DNA of 64,000 nucleotides, taken from the IMG/VR virus record IMGVR_UViG_3300014910_000001; one strand, 5' to 3'. The notes beneath the pieces are model-generated. The model was given only the letters and a program-made list of their open reading frames with translations. It had not been told where the DNA came from and ran no database searches. Made by a program: the position numbers and the translations under genes. How positions within the stretch are numbered: position 1 is the first letter of the stretch; each line of letters opens with the position of its first letter. Below are positions 39,131 through 49,920 of the stretch, piece by piece. This DNA is from an uncultured virus (IMG/VR IMGVR_UViG_3300014910_000001). Its lineage: Duplodnaviria; Heunggongvirae; Uroviricota; Caudoviricetes.

Positions 39131-39913
39131 TTACCGGGTACCGCTAATTTGAATTCGATGCTCACCCTGCATAAAAATTTCATATTCAGTGTGATTTGGA
39201 ATTCGCGCCAAAATTTGTGTCAGTAACTCGCCAATTTGTCCTCGTTTCGCATCTGGGTTTGCATCATAACGATCTGACACACCATTAACGCGACCGTCAA
39301 AGTTCCAATTACCAGCTGGATCAACTTTAAGTGTTCCAGACAAAGTCAAACTTACCCGACCCAAATAAGACCACGCCCAGCGATCGCTATTGGCAAAGTC
39401 ATAACCGATGCTTTGATTAATATTAAATTCGCCAGTGTGAACGCCGCTCAAAATATTATTTATTGGAGGTAAATTATTACGATCAAAGTTAAAACTCAAC
39501 TGACCGAGATCGACAGCCATAGCTGAGCCGTCTCCAAAAGCATAGTGATAAAGCGCGGCTAGCGGCGCAAAAGCTTTGTCTGTCAACATGTTTTGGCTAG
39601 ATGGTGGCCAGTCAGCAGGCGCATTTTTGATTGAGCCATAGTAGCCAACACCTCCATGGGCTTCCTGATAGTCGGCGTAAGCAGCGCGGCATAGTAAAGC
39701 CTTAACTACGTTCATATCTTTATCGAGATAGTTCAGGCAGTCTTGCAGCCATTTAGCCGTAGCTGTACCGTCATAATATGCACGAATTAAATCAGTACGC
39801 GCTTTTGGATCTCCAGCAGGTAATGAATTAGGATCTTGCACAGCATTAAAGTTATACGATGGACCCCAGTTCGGAGCGGAAGCAGTAACATCCAATTGCG
39901 GTTGTTCAGCCAT
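39131..39913 (-). CDS. cma: Colicin M-like lipid II-degrading bacteriocin
   Basis: TonB-box-like LDVTA; YLGRVSLTLSGTL..W.F.G.V...DRYDANP..RG.IGE.LT catalytic motif. Confidence 0.9.
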   Translation of the reverse strand: MAEQPQLDVTASAPNWGPSYNFNAVQDPNSLPAGDPKARTDLIRAYYDGTATAKWLQDCLNYLDKDMNVVKALLCRAAYADYQEAHGGVGYYGSIKNAPADWPPSSQNMLTDKAFAPLAALYHYAFGDGSAMAVDLGQLSFNFDRNNLPPINNILSGVHTGEFNINQSIGYDFANSDRWAWSYLGRVSLTLSGTLKVDPAGNWNFDGRVNGVSDRYDANPDAKRGQIGELLTQILARIPNHTEYEIFMQGEHRIQISGTR

Positions 39914-40210
39914 TTTAAAACCTCGTAGAGTTAAGTTTAAAAGCTATATCTTCTGACCCTTTTTATATTCAACGTTTAATAATCTTTAATCAACCACTTG
40001 AAAGCTGTGTGTTTCTTAATATTTAGGATAGTTTGCTAAAAAAATAGTTAATTTTTAATAAAAAAATAACTATGTAAAAGCCCTTCAATTCAAGGCTGAT
40101 GCGAGTTTGTCTTTTTTGGAACCTTTAATTAAAAGGTGCTTAAAAAAACTGAAAATTTTTTTCAGGTGGATAAATGTTAGCCAGCAAAAAAATTCGTTGA
40201 CACTACTTTG

Positions 40211-40232
40211 CAAAGTACAAACCGCTTACAGT
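40211..40232 (+). promoter_or_regulatory. Late promoter
   Basis: CAAAGTACAAACCGC-TTACAGT; first 15 bp identical to 55125. Confidence 0.7.
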
Positions 40233-40361
40233 CACCCTAAGCTGTTAGCGGTTCCCTGATGGAATTTTTGACAACTTACCTAATCTGCAACGCGCGGTTG
40301 GGAACGTTAAAAGCCAGAGAGGCCGCTATATGCGGCCTTTCGCCATTTCAGGGATACAGAT

Positions 40362-41015
40362 GTGAAACAGAAAATCGCAGTAATCAGTCTTTCCACTAAT
40401 CAGCCGATGGCGATCACCGCCATTTACGAAGAGCACACGCTCGTTATGTCAAAGCCGCAGACGCTGCCAAAGGGCATGCGAAAGCAGCTGGCCAAACTCG
40501 CCCCCTTCGTTGAGGCACTGCGTAAACAGGGCTTCAAGGTGCTGGTGGATGAAGCAACCGGCAAAGTGGCCAACGAAGTAGGCGGCAACCATATCTCACT
40601 AAAAACGCGGGGAAGCGACGGGCGTGCAGCGGTACTCATTGGCATCGAGCGTTACAACGAGCTCCTGCTGCAGGACAACATTGCGCTGCCAGCAGAGAAC
40701 AAGGGCGCATTTGAGATTCCAGACTCCATCGTTGAGGTGGAATACAACGCCAGCGGTGAAGAGGTCTATCGGATCAACTGGCGCGAGATACGCCCGGAGC
40801 AGGTACTAACCATTCTGTGCTGCTTCGCTGTGGGCTACAACAACGTGGCATCAGCGGACTACATCAATGCCATGACCGCCGCGACCGCAGAGCAGGAGCC
40901 GACCCTTATGGACACGCTTAAACGCATCATCGGCTATGAAAAAATCAAAGCCGCTGAAGCCGTGCCGGAGTCGCTGACCGGCAAGCGAATCAGTGACGAG
41001 GAACGTATCCTGTGA
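40362..41015 (+). CDS. mat: Maturation control protein
   Basis: INW.EI..E.VLT.LCCFA..YNNVASADYI resembles P1 Mat; follows ref as in P1. Confidence 0.75.
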   Translation: MKQKIAVISLSTNQPMAITAIYEEHTLVMSKPQTLPKGMRKQLAKLAPFVEALRKQGFKVLVDEATGKVANEVGGNHISLKTRGSDGRAAVLIGIERYNELLLQDNIALPAENKGAFEIPDSIVEVEYNASGEEVYRINWREIRPEQVLTILCCFAVGYNNVASADYINAMTAATAEQEPTLMDTLKRIIGYEKIKAAEAVPESLTGKRISDEERIL

Positions 41016-41344
41016 GTTATAACCGCCTTGACGATCGCTCAATTAGTGACGTGGTGGTACGCAGCCTCTTCCATCAGGAAGTGATCAAGCGATCCGCCTC
41101 ATTCCACGAAGACAACCGCGACTACACCATCCGTCTTGACGAGATATTCCGCGCTGACCTGGCGGCATACCGCGCCTATGAAGGTAATGACGATCTGCGC
41201 TGGGTATTCCGTCTGTTATGCGGAATAGAGTCAGAAATGGAGCCGCTGCCAGCAGGCCAGACGCTTTCTCTGCCCGATATGGCGTGGCTGCGCGGGCGCA
41301 TACGCGACTTTGCTGGTGGCAAGCCGGAGCTAATCAGTGGCTGA
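41012..41344 (+). CDS. Baseplate protein gp26-like
   Basis: FRADLAAYRAY..LRWV..GQTLSLP; synteny 26-25-7-24-6-5. Confidence 0.75.
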   Translation: MSYNRLDDRSISDVVVRSLFHQEVIKRSASFHEDNRDYTIRLDEIFRADLAAYRAYEGNDDLRWVFRLLCGIESEMEPLPAGQTLSLPDMAWLRGRIRDFAGGKPELISG

Positions 41345-42554
41345 TACTCCGTTTGCCCGCACACGGTCCGGGCGCTACGACACGGCAGGGCTTTCCTCCA
41401 AAGAGTTCTCCCGCGTCTTTGACCAGATTGATAAAGACCGCCGTAAATCCCGGCGCATAGCGCGGCGCACGCTCAACCCGCTGACCCTGAAGAACAAGGC
41501 GCTGGACGACATTATCGCCCTGGGCAAAAAGAAGTCCGGCACGTTCTTCACGAAAGAGGATCTGAAAGGGTTCGAAGCAAATCGCGCCGGCGCCCGCCAG
41601 CAGTTCAATTCTTCACAGGCAGGTATCACGTATGCGCAGCTGGTGGCCGGTAGTCAGCAGATCGACATTAAGCGCGCCAACAACCGGGTAGATGACGGAA
41701 GTGGCATTAAGCGCGCCACGCCCACGACGCTTAAACATAACGTCCTGACCGTTAGTGTGGAGGCGTCCGCCGCCTCGCTCGATAAGCATCACCGCGTGAA
41801 ATTCCGCTTTGAAGAGTGGGATCAGCTGATAGAGGAAATCACCGATGCCAAAGACAGCGCAGCCAAAATTGCCAAGCGACTCTGCGCTGGCCGCGTCTCT
41901 TTTGATTGCGATTGTGGCCGTCACCAGTACTGGTATCGCTACATCGCCACAGCAGGCAATTTCGCGCTTGCCCCGCCAAAAGAGTACGCCTACCCCAAAG
42001 AGAAAAACCCGAATCTGAAAGGCGTCGCCTGTAAGCACGTCATTCACGCCTTCACCCGTCTGCAATCCGCCTCATGGCAGGTGCGCATCGGCCAGGCATT
42101 GCATAAAAGCGCCAGTAACAACGCCTATGGCGATGACCCGCGCAAAACCACTGAGCACTTCACTGACGCCGACAAAGCGAAGTTCAACCGCAACCGTAGT
42201 TCGCACACGAACGTCGCCGCTGTTAAGCGTGAGCATGAGAAGTATCAGAAGCGCATGGGCGCGCTTGCGAAGCGCCTGGACAACGACGACGGGCGGATCG
42301 ACAAACTGCGCGGCCAGCTGACCCGTGCCAAGAAGCTGACCGCAGCGCAGCGCACCCGCGCCGCGAAGAAGCAGGCGGAACTGGCGGACGAAAAGGCCAA
42401 AAACGCCCTTCTGCGTCAGCAGCTGGCAGACCAGGCGAAGATCCAGCGCCAGACGTTCATTGACGCCCTGGTGCTGAGCGGCACGCCCCGCGCCCAAGCC
42501 GAGAAGATGTTTATTGAATACGCAAAAAACCAGACAAAAGCAGGTAATCAGTAA
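41337..42554 (+). CDS. gp25-like tail protein with SWIM-type zinc finger
   Basis: FDCDCGRHQYW...GVACKHV; synteny. Confidence 0.75.
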   Translation: MADTPFARTRSGRYDTAGLSSKEFSRVFDQIDKDRRKSRRIARRTLNPLTLKNKALDDIIALGKKKSGTFFTKEDLKGFEANRAGARQQFNSSQAGITYAQLVAGSQQIDIKRANNRVDDGSGIKRATPTTLKHNVLTVSVEASAASLDKHHRVKFRFEEWDQLIEEITDAKDSAAKIAKRLCAGRVSFDCDCGRHQYWYRYIATAGNFALAPPKEYAYPKEKNPNLKGVACKHVIHAFTRLQSASWQVRIGQALHKSASNNAYGDDPRKTTEHFTDADKAKFNRNRSSHTNVAAVKREHEKYQKRMGALAKRLDNDDGRIDKLRGQLTRAKKLTAAQRTRAAKKQAELADEKAKNALLRQQLADQAKIQRQTFIDALVLSGTPRAQAEKMFIEYAKNQTKAGNQ

Positions 42555-43339
42555 TGGGACGGTACGACGAATTTTTGGCCGACAATCCACCGACGATCAA
42601 CGAGGCCACCAGCAGTGAAACAGAGCAACCCTCTTCCGCCGTCGATACGCCGGATAGCAGCAGCGCTGTTATCGATCTGGACGCCGCCGCGCCGACCGCC
42701 GCCTCATCACCCGATGGCGATACCGCTGGCGGTCCTGATGACGCTAACAGCAATAGCAGTGAGGATCATGACCCGCTGAGCGCCCCGCTCCCGGACACGC
42801 TCGCGGCACGCGAACAGAGCACGGCGCTAAAGCCGCGCTACAAAGGCCACGCCTCGTTTAACAACATGGTCCGCCGCGACTGGATTAAAGCGATTGAGAG
42901 CGATTACAGCGCGTTTCAGGCGCTGCTATACCTGCCGGACATGCGCGACGTTGGCGAGGTGGACGATGAAACGGGCTTTGAACAGCCGTCGTTTACCGAG
43001 CTCAACAATAACCAGCGTCACCTGAGCTATGAGGATGCTGATCCGGTCATTGTCACGGTGCTGGATTGTCCGGGCGAGCGCGAAAGTTTCCAGGTGCTCG
43101 ATGCCGATGGCGAACAGGATGGATTTACTGACGACGTACTGATCCTGCGCATCGCCGCTGAAGGTGTGCCGGTTGGCTCAATCCTTGAGTGGAACGAAGA
43201 GATGGCCAGCGGCAACCTGGTACGCCGCTGGTGGTACGTTCACCGCATTTACGGCTTCGGTACGCAGAATGTCGGATCGCTTTACTACTGCATTCCTGCC
43301 CGCAATTTTGACACCACCAGCAACGGACGGATCGAATGA
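42554..43339 (+). CDS. gp7-like neck/tail protein
   Basis: Synteny; disordered N-terminus. Confidence 0.7.
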   Translation: MGRYDEFLADNPPTINEATSSETEQPSSAVDTPDSSSAVIDLDAAAPTAASSPDGDTAGGPDDANSNSSEDHDPLSAPLPDTLAAREQSTALKPRYKGHASFNNMVRRDWIKAIESDYSAFQALLYLPDMRDVGEVDDETGFEQPSFTELNNNQRHLSYEDADPVIVTVLDCPGERESFQVLDADGEQDGFTDDVLILRIAAEGVPVGSILEWNEEMASGNLVRRWWYVHRIYGFGTQNVGSLYYCIPARNFDTTSNGRIE

Positions 43340-44106
43340 ATCAGCTGCTTTCCCGCACCCGTGAATGGGTGACTACACGCACTGGAAAAGTGGAGAGTAC
43401 CGGTTTTACTGCCGCCGACGCCGCCGTAGCGAAGGCGCTGAATGACGTATTCAGCAGCGCCGTCATAACCAAGCCGCGGGAGCATGAGCAGCGCTATAGC
43501 TCATTTCTGGCGCGAAAGCCGGAAGATCGTGTATTCGTCGGCAAGTTTGATGACGTCATGGATTTTCTGCGCGCCGTGCGCCAGGCAGGCGCCGGACGCC
43601 GCAGCGTGAAGGCGTCGGACATGCCAGACCTGAACCGTGACGCCCTGCCGCTGATCAACCTGTCTCGCGGGTTTGATATCACCTATGACAACAACGACCA
43701 GGAGATAGACCGCAACCTGGGCCAGTTTACCGACCCGTCACAAGGCGATATGCCGCTGGCCCAGATTGAGGCTACACAGGCCTCGCTCAATTACTCCATC
43801 ACGCTGATTGCCAGTGACAAAGATACGCTGTCACTGATGTGCAACACGCTGGCCGCTAACTTCCGCTCCCGGCTCACCACTAACTTCACGGCGCAGGAAA
43901 AGCTGGTCCACTGGCCCGTTGAGATCAACTGCAGCATTCAGGACGCCAAAACCATCATGTTCAGCGATATGTCGCCGCCGTTCACCCAGGATCGGATTTA
44001 CGCCTGCCAGGCGTCGCTGATTGTCATGGTGGATGTGCTGACCGCGCATGAAGTTGATGCCCGGAGCGTCCGCTATGACACCCAGCTGGCACCGGGAGGC
44101 AACTGA
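43336..44106 (+). CDS. gp24-like tail terminator
   Basis: LPLINLSR motif typical of tail terminators; synteny. Confidence 0.7.
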   Translation: MNQLLSRTREWVTTRTGKVESTGFTAADAAVAKALNDVFSSAVITKPREHEQRYSSFLARKPEDRVFVGKFDDVMDFLRAVRQAGAGRRSVKASDMPDLNRDALPLINLSRGFDITYDNNDQEIDRNLGQFTDPSQGDMPLAQIEATQASLNYSITLIASDKDTLSLMCNTLAANFRSRLTTNFTAQEKLVHWPVEINCSIQDAKTIMFSDMSPPFTQDRIYACQASLIVMVDVLTAHEVDARSVRYDTQLAPGGN

Positions 44107-45095
44107 TGGCTGATCAGCAAAACAAGCCTATGCAGTACTTCCTGCAGTCGGTCCTGCTTAATGGAGCGGAAATGCCGCGCAGCTGGATAACGTCCGTGAT
44201 TTACATCGAGAAGACGTCGCTGACTGCGCCGCTGCTGGTACTGGAGACGCACGATCCAGCCGGAAAGCTGGTGGACGAAATGGGCGCCCGGTATGGCGCT
44301 GAGCTGGTGGCAGAATTGGGCGACCCGACCGGGCAGCGCGGCGCGTACACAGAGACGTTTTTCGTAACGTCCGCGCCCGCCAGCGGTGACGTGGTGCGGA
44401 TTATCGCCGTGTCAGCGGATCTGAAGCGTCTCAAAACCCCGTCTGCTCGCGTGCGGCTGTATGCCGACCGCCAGCCGGCTGACGTCATGGCAGAGTTCGC
44501 TGGCAAAATGACGATTGAGGCTGATGCCTTCCGCAAAGCGATGACCTATCACCTGAATATGGGTGAGAAACCGTCCAGCGTGCTGCGCCAGATAGCTGAC
44601 GATCATGGCGCGCTGGTGTGGTGCGCCCGCGGTAAGTTCTGCATGAAGGACATGGCAAAGCTAATAGGCACAAAGGCAGCATTTGTCTATGAGGCTAACA
44701 ACCCCCAGGCGGCTTACACGATCAGCAAGCTGAGCAACATCAATCAGGATGCCGCCGCCACCAGCAGCCGGGACTATCAGTATGTAGGCTATTCCATGAC
44801 AGAGGGCTACGTAGCCGTGGGCGATAAGACGAAGCCGGTCAAATACATTTCTGACGCCGACGTGGCAACGCTGACAAACATGGCGCGGGTGATCGTTCCC
44901 AAACTGGATATTGAGGTCAGCGGCAACGCGGACGTCACCGCAGGCATGGTTATTGGCGTGCAGATCCACCGCTATGACGCGGAAAACCAGGTAGACGAAA
45001 CGTTACCCAAAAACTTTATCGCCATTGCGGTCATTCACCATGAGGATCGGATTGGCTACACCACGCGCATGATTTTAGGAGTACCCAATCAGTGA
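44106..45095 (+). CDS. gp6-like baseplate hub
   Basis: Size and synteny. Confidence 0.7.
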   Translation: MADQQNKPMQYFLQSVLLNGAEMPRSWITSVIYIEKTSLTAPLLVLETHDPAGKLVDEMGARYGAELVAELGDPTGQRGAYTETFFVTSAPASGDVVRIIAVSADLKRLKTPSARVRLYADRQPADVMAEFAGKMTIEADAFRKAMTYHLNMGEKPSSVLRQIADDHGALVWCARGKFCMKDMAKLIGTKAAFVYEANNPQAAYTISKLSNINQDAAATSSRDYQYVGYSMTEGYVAVGDKTKPVKYISDADVATLTNMARVIVPKLDIEVSGNADVTAGMVIGVQIHRYDAENQVDETLPKNFIAIAVIHHEDRIGYTTRMILGVPNQ

Positions 45096-45700
45096 GTAAG
45101 CAGCGTGCCATTATCACGGCGACTAAAGACCCGTTGGGCCATATGCGGGCGCAGATCCGCCTTACTCCGCAGTGGGCTGATGTGGACGCGGATACCCTGC
45201 CCTGGGCTGAATATCAGCTTCCGATCGGCAACACGTTTGTACCCTGTATCGTTGGCGATCAGGTATGGGTGGAGTTCCCTTACAAAGACGGCCGCGGCAA
45301 TCCGGATACCCGGCGCCCGCTAATCACCGGCGCGGCGCAGTCTGCACCGGGCGGCGTGCCAAGCGTCGCGCCTGAAGCCTCCGGACAGGGTGGCGGGTAT
45401 GAGCCGCCAGCTGTGGACGGTGCGCCAGCGCGTCCTTCCCTGAATCCGACTACGGATTTTGTGTCGCACCGCAATAACCTATTGGAGATCCGGTCTGCTG
45501 GTGGCGGGTATGAGATTGCCAATACGGCCAGCGGTTCGCGGATCGGGATGAATGAGGGCGGGGATATTTACCTGCTGGGACCGGGCAATCTGGTAATCGA
45601 CGTCGGCGGCAATCTGACTATTAAGATAGGCGGGAAAATCGTGTTCCAGTCTGGCGGAGCGTTCAGCGCAACCGCGCCGCAATTTGAGTTCAGTCAGTAA
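45092..45700 (+). CDS. gp5-like baseplate spike (OB fold)
   Basis: DPLG..R.QI, PWAE, P..GDQVWVEF...P.I.G. Confidence 0.85.
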   Translation: MSKQRAIITATKDPLGHMRAQIRLTPQWADVDADTLPWAEYQLPIGNTFVPCIVGDQVWVEFPYKDGRGNPDTRRPLITGAAQSAPGGVPSVAPEASGQGGGYEPPAVDGAPARPSLNPTTDFVSHRNNLLEIRSAGGGYEIANTASGSRIGMNEGGDIYLLGPGNLVIDVGGNLTIKIGGKIVFQSGGAFSATAPQFEFSQ

Positions 45701-45764
45701 GGGTTATATTAAATCTAAAAATTTATTTAGAATGTATTAACTCTTTTAGTTGAGACATTTCTGA

Positions 45765-46673
45765 ATGAAATCCCCCTTCTTTAAAAACGTCATGGTCTAC
45801 AGCCTGAACCGGGACATTCCGCTCGATGTGGAGGAACTGGAGCAGCAGCTGCAGACAATGGCGTTTTCTCCCTGTGCTGCGCAAGACATGGCTAAATCAG
45901 GCTGGATCAATGTGACGTCTGACAGCATGTTACTGGCTGAGAACGGTCAGTACCTGCTGTGCTGTCAGCATGAAACCAAAATCATGCCAGTCGCAACGCT
46001 CAATGATTACGTTGCCGAGAAAGTGGAGAAAATTGAGCGTGAGCAGGCGCGCAAGGTGCGCCGCAGTGAAAGGGTAAGTCTGAGAGACGAGGCGCTGTGT
46101 GTGCTTCTGCCGCGTGCTTTTTCACGGCGCTCTGAGTCGTACATCTGGATCGACAGCGTTAACAGCCGCATCTACGTTGACGCGGCCAGCGCTAAATCTG
46201 CTGAAGACATGCTGGCGCTACTGCGCAAAACCATCGGCTCACTGCCGGTTATTCCGATGATGGCCGCTGATCCAATTGAGCTGACGCTGACTGAATGGCT
46301 GCGCGCCGCAGAACTGCCTGCCGGTTTTGCGCTGGGCGACGAGGCTGAGCTGGCGGCAATACTGGAAGATGGCGGCAAAATCCGCTGCAAAAAACAGGAT
46401 TTGCTGAGCGACGAAGTGCGTACACACATTGAGGCCGGAAAGCTGGTCACGCAGCTTAGCCTGGACTGGCAGGAGCGCATTTTCTGCCGCGTATCCGATG
46501 ACCTGAGCATTAAGGGCATTAAGTACGCTGACATGCTCACCCAGCAGAATGATGATATCGACCGCGAGGATCAGCGCGCACGCATGCTGGCTGATTTTCT
46601 GCTCTTTACGTCTGAGTTTTCCAGCTTCTTCTCCGGGCTGGTGGAAGCACTGGGCGGCGAGGCGCAGCGATGA
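45765..46673 (+). CDS. rdgC: RdgC homologue (P1 HrdC)
   Basis: FFKNVMVY, LLPRAF, LLRKTIGSLPV, ALGGE; operator-like site 45711-45733. Confidence 0.95.
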   Translation: MKSPFFKNVMVYSLNRDIPLDVEELEQQLQTMAFSPCAAQDMAKSGWINVTSDSMLLAENGQYLLCCQHETKIMPVATLNDYVAEKVEKIEREQARKVRRSERVSLRDEALCVLLPRAFSRRSESYIWIDSVNSRIYVDAASAKSAEDMLALLRKTIGSLPVIPMMAADPIELTLTEWLRAAELPAGFALGDEAELAAILEDGGKIRCKKQDLLSDEVRTHIEAGKLVTQLSLDWQERIFCRVSDDLSIKGIKYADMLTQQNDDIDREDQRARMLADFLLFTSEFSSFFSGLVEALGGEAQR

Positions 46674-47497
46674 CGTCAGACGCTGTAACCCATTACCACG
46701 GTACGCCAGTATGGGGCTGTGCTGGTGAGATCCACCAGCTGGCTGTGGCGGGCGCTGGAGCATTTGTTTCATTCGCACGGATGGACCAGCTGAAAGCCAG
46801 CTTTGAGCATGCAGATTCAATCGGCTTCGATAACGGCGCATTTTCTGCCTGGAAAAGTGGTCTGCACATCGACTGGAATACTTTTTATCGCCGTGTGGAG
46901 ACGTTTTACACCAATCCTAAGCTGAAGTTTTTCGTCATACCTGACGTGATTGAAGGCGGAGAGGCTGACAACGACCGGCTGATTGCTGAAATGCCGCAAC
47001 ATCTGCGCGATAAAGCGGTTCCAGTGTGGCACCTTCATGAAAGCATAGAGCGGCTGGTGGAGCTCTGTAACGAGTGGCCTCGTGTTTGTTTCGGTTCGTC
47101 TGGCCAGTATGCAGTGATCCGCACAAAGCATTGGCATGCCCGGATGAAAGAGGCGTTTGAGGCAATCTACGTTACGCGCCAGTTTTCGACCAAGATCCAC
47201 GGTCTGCGTATGCTGGACGGACGTGTACTGGGTAACTATCCGCTCCATACAGCGGACAGCACTAATCTGGCCTGCAACATTCCCAAAACGCGTGAAAAAT
47301 ACCCCGATATCACTACTTCCATCGAGACAGCTGACTACTGCCGTGGCCTGTCTGAGCAAGATACCAAACGCCTGGTACTCAGAGGGCGTTGCTCCATTCT
47401 CAAAGCAGCAATCGAAAAGGTCACTCCGCCGTCAATCGACGCGTGGATCAACACCAATTTTTCCAGCGAATACGCAGAAGCCGAGGCATTTGTATGA
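46670..47497 (+). CDS. TGT/DpdA-like TIM-barrel protein (putative)
   Basis: DNGAFS, IPDVI, PVWH, KIHGL, ADST motif order. Confidence 0.55.
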   Translation: MTSDAVTHYHGTPVWGCAGEIHQLAVAGAGAFVSFARMDQLKASFEHADSIGFDNGAFSAWKSGLHIDWNTFYRRVETFYTNPKLKFFVIPDVIEGGEADNDRLIAEMPQHLRDKAVPVWHLHESIERLVELCNEWPRVCFGSSGQYAVIRTKHWHARMKEAFEAIYVTRQFSTKIHGLRMLDGRVLGNYPLHTADSTNLACNIPKTREKYPDITTSIETADYCRGLSEQDTKRLVLRGRCSILKAAIEKVTPPSIDAWINTNFSSEYAEAEAFV

Positions 47498-49920
47498 TTA
47501 CTTACGGCTCTGTTTGTTCGGGCATTGAAGCAGCCAGCGTGGCGTGGGACGGGCTGGCATGGAAATCAGCATGGTTCGCGGAGATTGAAAAGTTCCCCGC
47601 GGCCGTGCTGGCACACCACTATCCCGAAGTCCCTAACTTGGGCGACATGACTAAAATTGCCGCTGGCGTTCGCGCTGGCTCTATCCCTGCCCCCGCTGTG
47701 ATGGTTGGCGGCACCCCATGCCAGGCGTTCTCTATCGCCGGACTCCGTAAAAGCCTTGACGACCCTCGCGGTCAACTCACCCTTGCCTATGTAGATTTAG
47801 CGAATGCCATTGACGAAAAAAGAGCTTCAAACGGCGAACCACCAGCCGTCCACCTGTGGGAAAACGTGCCGGGAAGCCTCAGCACCGACGACAACGCCTT
47901 TGGATACTTCCTTGCCGGAATGGCTGGAGAAGATGAAGCGTTTGAACCAGGCCCACGACCTGAGCAAGGGAAAAACGGCCTTGGCTGGCGATGGAAAAAA
48001 AGCGACGGCAAGCATGTGGCGAAGTGGCCAAAGTCTGGTTGTGTTATTGGACGACAGCGCAAACTCGCCTGGCGACTGCTCGATGCCCAATACTTCGGAG
48101 TGGCCCAACGCCGCCGCCGTGTGTTCGTTGTCTCAAGTGCTCGAAACGACGTTGATCCCGCAGAAGTACTTCTTGAGTTCGACGGCGTGCGCCGGGATTC
48201 TCCGCCGCGCAGAGAAACGGGGCAGGCAGTTGCCCCCCTTACTGCTAACGGCTCTGGAGTCGGTGGCCCTGACTTCTCCCACGCCGCAGCCGGTCACTTA
48301 ATCTCTGCGTTTGGCGGCGGCAACTGTTCTGGAGCGCTCAACGTGGCCGCGTGCCTGACGGCTAAAGGCCAGCGCAATGATTTTGACGTTGAGACATTTG
48401 CTGTACAGAGCGCCACGGGCGAGGTTAGCCACACATTGACCGCTGAAGGTCACGACGCTTCAGAGGATGGCACCGGGCGCGGCACGCCGACCGTTGCTTA
48501 TGGTTTCCAGACACGCATAGCGCGTAACGGCCGCGGCAACATGGCTGATGTTTGCCATGCGCTTAGCGCTGAATCCGGGGAAACGGGCAAAGGTGACGCA
48601 GCTCCCTGCGTGGCCCGCTGCGTAGAGCATGCTGCGTTTGCTGAAAACACCCGTGGCGAGCTCCGGTTATTCAATGGTGATGGCCAGATCACCGGCGCAC
48701 TGTCAGCTGGTGGAGGTAAACCCGGCCAGGGCTTCCCGTCTGTAGTCAGTCACTGCGAAGTTCGCCGTCTTACTCCAAAGGAGTGTGAGCGTCTGCAGGG
48801 CTTCCCGGATGGCTGGACCCTGATCCCGGAAAAGAAGCGCAATATACTTGCCGCTGATGAACTGGCATACCTCCGCCTGATGCACCCTGATATGCCGGAA
48901 GAAGAGGCGCACCGGCTGGCGGCTGATGGTCCGCGCTATAAAGCGATCGGTAACTCTATGCCCGTGCCGGTCATGCGCTGGATTGGAAATCGCATTGCTA
49001 ATCAAATCATGTTGGTGACTGGCGAAATTGAGACTCAGCCAGCTGCCCTCCCCGCTCCGCCTGCCGCAAAGAAAAAGCGTGCGCCGGCGCGCAAGATTGC
49101 AGACGACAAATACCCCCGTTCATTCCTGAAATGGGCGGGCGGTAAATACTCTGTACTGGATGAAGTGCTGGCAATGCTTCCTGCTGGCGACCGTCTCATT
49201 GAGCCCTTCGTCGGCAGCGGTACGGTCTTTATCAACGCAGGCTTTAAGCGCAACCTGTTGGGTGATGTTAACCCGGACCTGATTAACCTGTTCAATCAGT
49301 TGCAGGGCAATCCTGATGCCGTAATTAAGACGGCCTACCAGCTGGAGCGAGGCTGCATATCCGGTAAGGCACATGATGCAATCCGGACCGAGTTTAACGT
49401 GCGCGAGGCACACGCTGTACGCCACGCAGCGCTTTTCCTCGCGCTAATGCGCACCAGCTACAACGGTTTGTGCCGGTACAATCAAAAAGGCCTGTTTAAC
49501 GTGGGCTGGAATAAAAAGGGTGAAGCGAACTACTTCCCGATGGATGAACTGGCGCACTTCACCGGCATGCAGAAAGAAATGACGTTCATGTGTGCCGGAT
49601 TTGAGGATGTGATCGCGCAGGCGGGTGAAGGTGACGTAGTGTTTTGTGACCCGCCGTATGAGCCTCTGCCGGACGAAGCCGGGTTTACGGCCTACAGCGG
49701 CACCTCTTTCACGTTCGCGGATCAGGTGCGGCTGGTGGAGTGTCTGGTTGCAGCGCGGGACCGTGGGGCGAAGGTGGTAATCACAAACAGCAGCGCGCCT
49801 GCCATTCTGTACCTGTATATCAGCAATGGTTTCAGGATCACCCCATTGGCCACACGCCGATCTGTATCCTGCAAAAGTGAGACGCGCAAAACGGTCAACG
49901 ACATAATTGCCGCTCTCTAA
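47494..49920 (+). CDS. dmt: Bifunctional C5-cytosine plus Dam-type adenine methyltransferase
   Basis: CSGIEA, GTPCQ, ENV, QRRRRVF, ERLQGFP, IGNS; then LKWAGGK, EPFVGSG, DPPY. Confidence 0.92.
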   Translation: MITYGSVCSGIEAASVAWDGLAWKSAWFAEIEKFPAAVLAHHYPEVPNLGDMTKIAAGVRAGSIPAPAVMVGGTPCQAFSIAGLRKSLDDPRGQLTLAYVDLANAIDEKRASNGEPPAVHLWENVPGSLSTDDNAFGYFLAGMAGEDEAFEPGPRPEQGKNGLGWRWKKSDGKHVAKWPKSGCVIGRQRKLAWRLLDAQYFGVAQRRRRVFVVSSARNDVDPAEVLLEFDGVRRDSPPRRETGQAVAPLTANGSGVGGPDFSHAAAGHLISAFGGGNCSGALNVAACLTAKGQRNDFDVETFAVQSATGEVSHTLTAEGHDASEDGTGRGTPTVAYGFQTRIARNGRGNMADVCHALSAESGETGKGDAAPCVARCVEHAAFAENTRGELRLFNGDGQITGALSAGGGKPGQGFPSVVSHCEVRRLTPKECERLQGFPDGWTLIPEKKRNILAADELAYLRLMHPDMPEEEAHRLAADGPRYKAIGNSMPVPVMRWIGNRIANQIMLVTGEIETQPAALPAPPAAKKKRAPARKIADDKYPRSFLKWAGGKYSVLDEVLAMLPAGDRLIEPFVGSGTVFINAGFKRNLLGDVNPDLINLFNQLQGNPDAVIKTAYQLERGCISGKAHDAIRTEFNVREAHAVRHAALFLALMRTSYNGLCRYNQKGLFNVGWNKKGEANYFPMDELAHFTGMQKEMTFMCAGFEDVIAQAGEGDVVFCDPPYEPLPDEAGFTAYSGTSFTFADQVRLVECLVAARDRGAKVVITNSSAPAILYLYISNGFRITPLATRRSVSCKSETRKTVNDIIAAL

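Noticed and set aside
47389..47493. Upstream extension of dmt; similar extensions for dut (21205), gp21 (58492) and c1 (18218)
   Set aside because: They overlap neighbouring genes or lack an RBS; internal ATGs fit better
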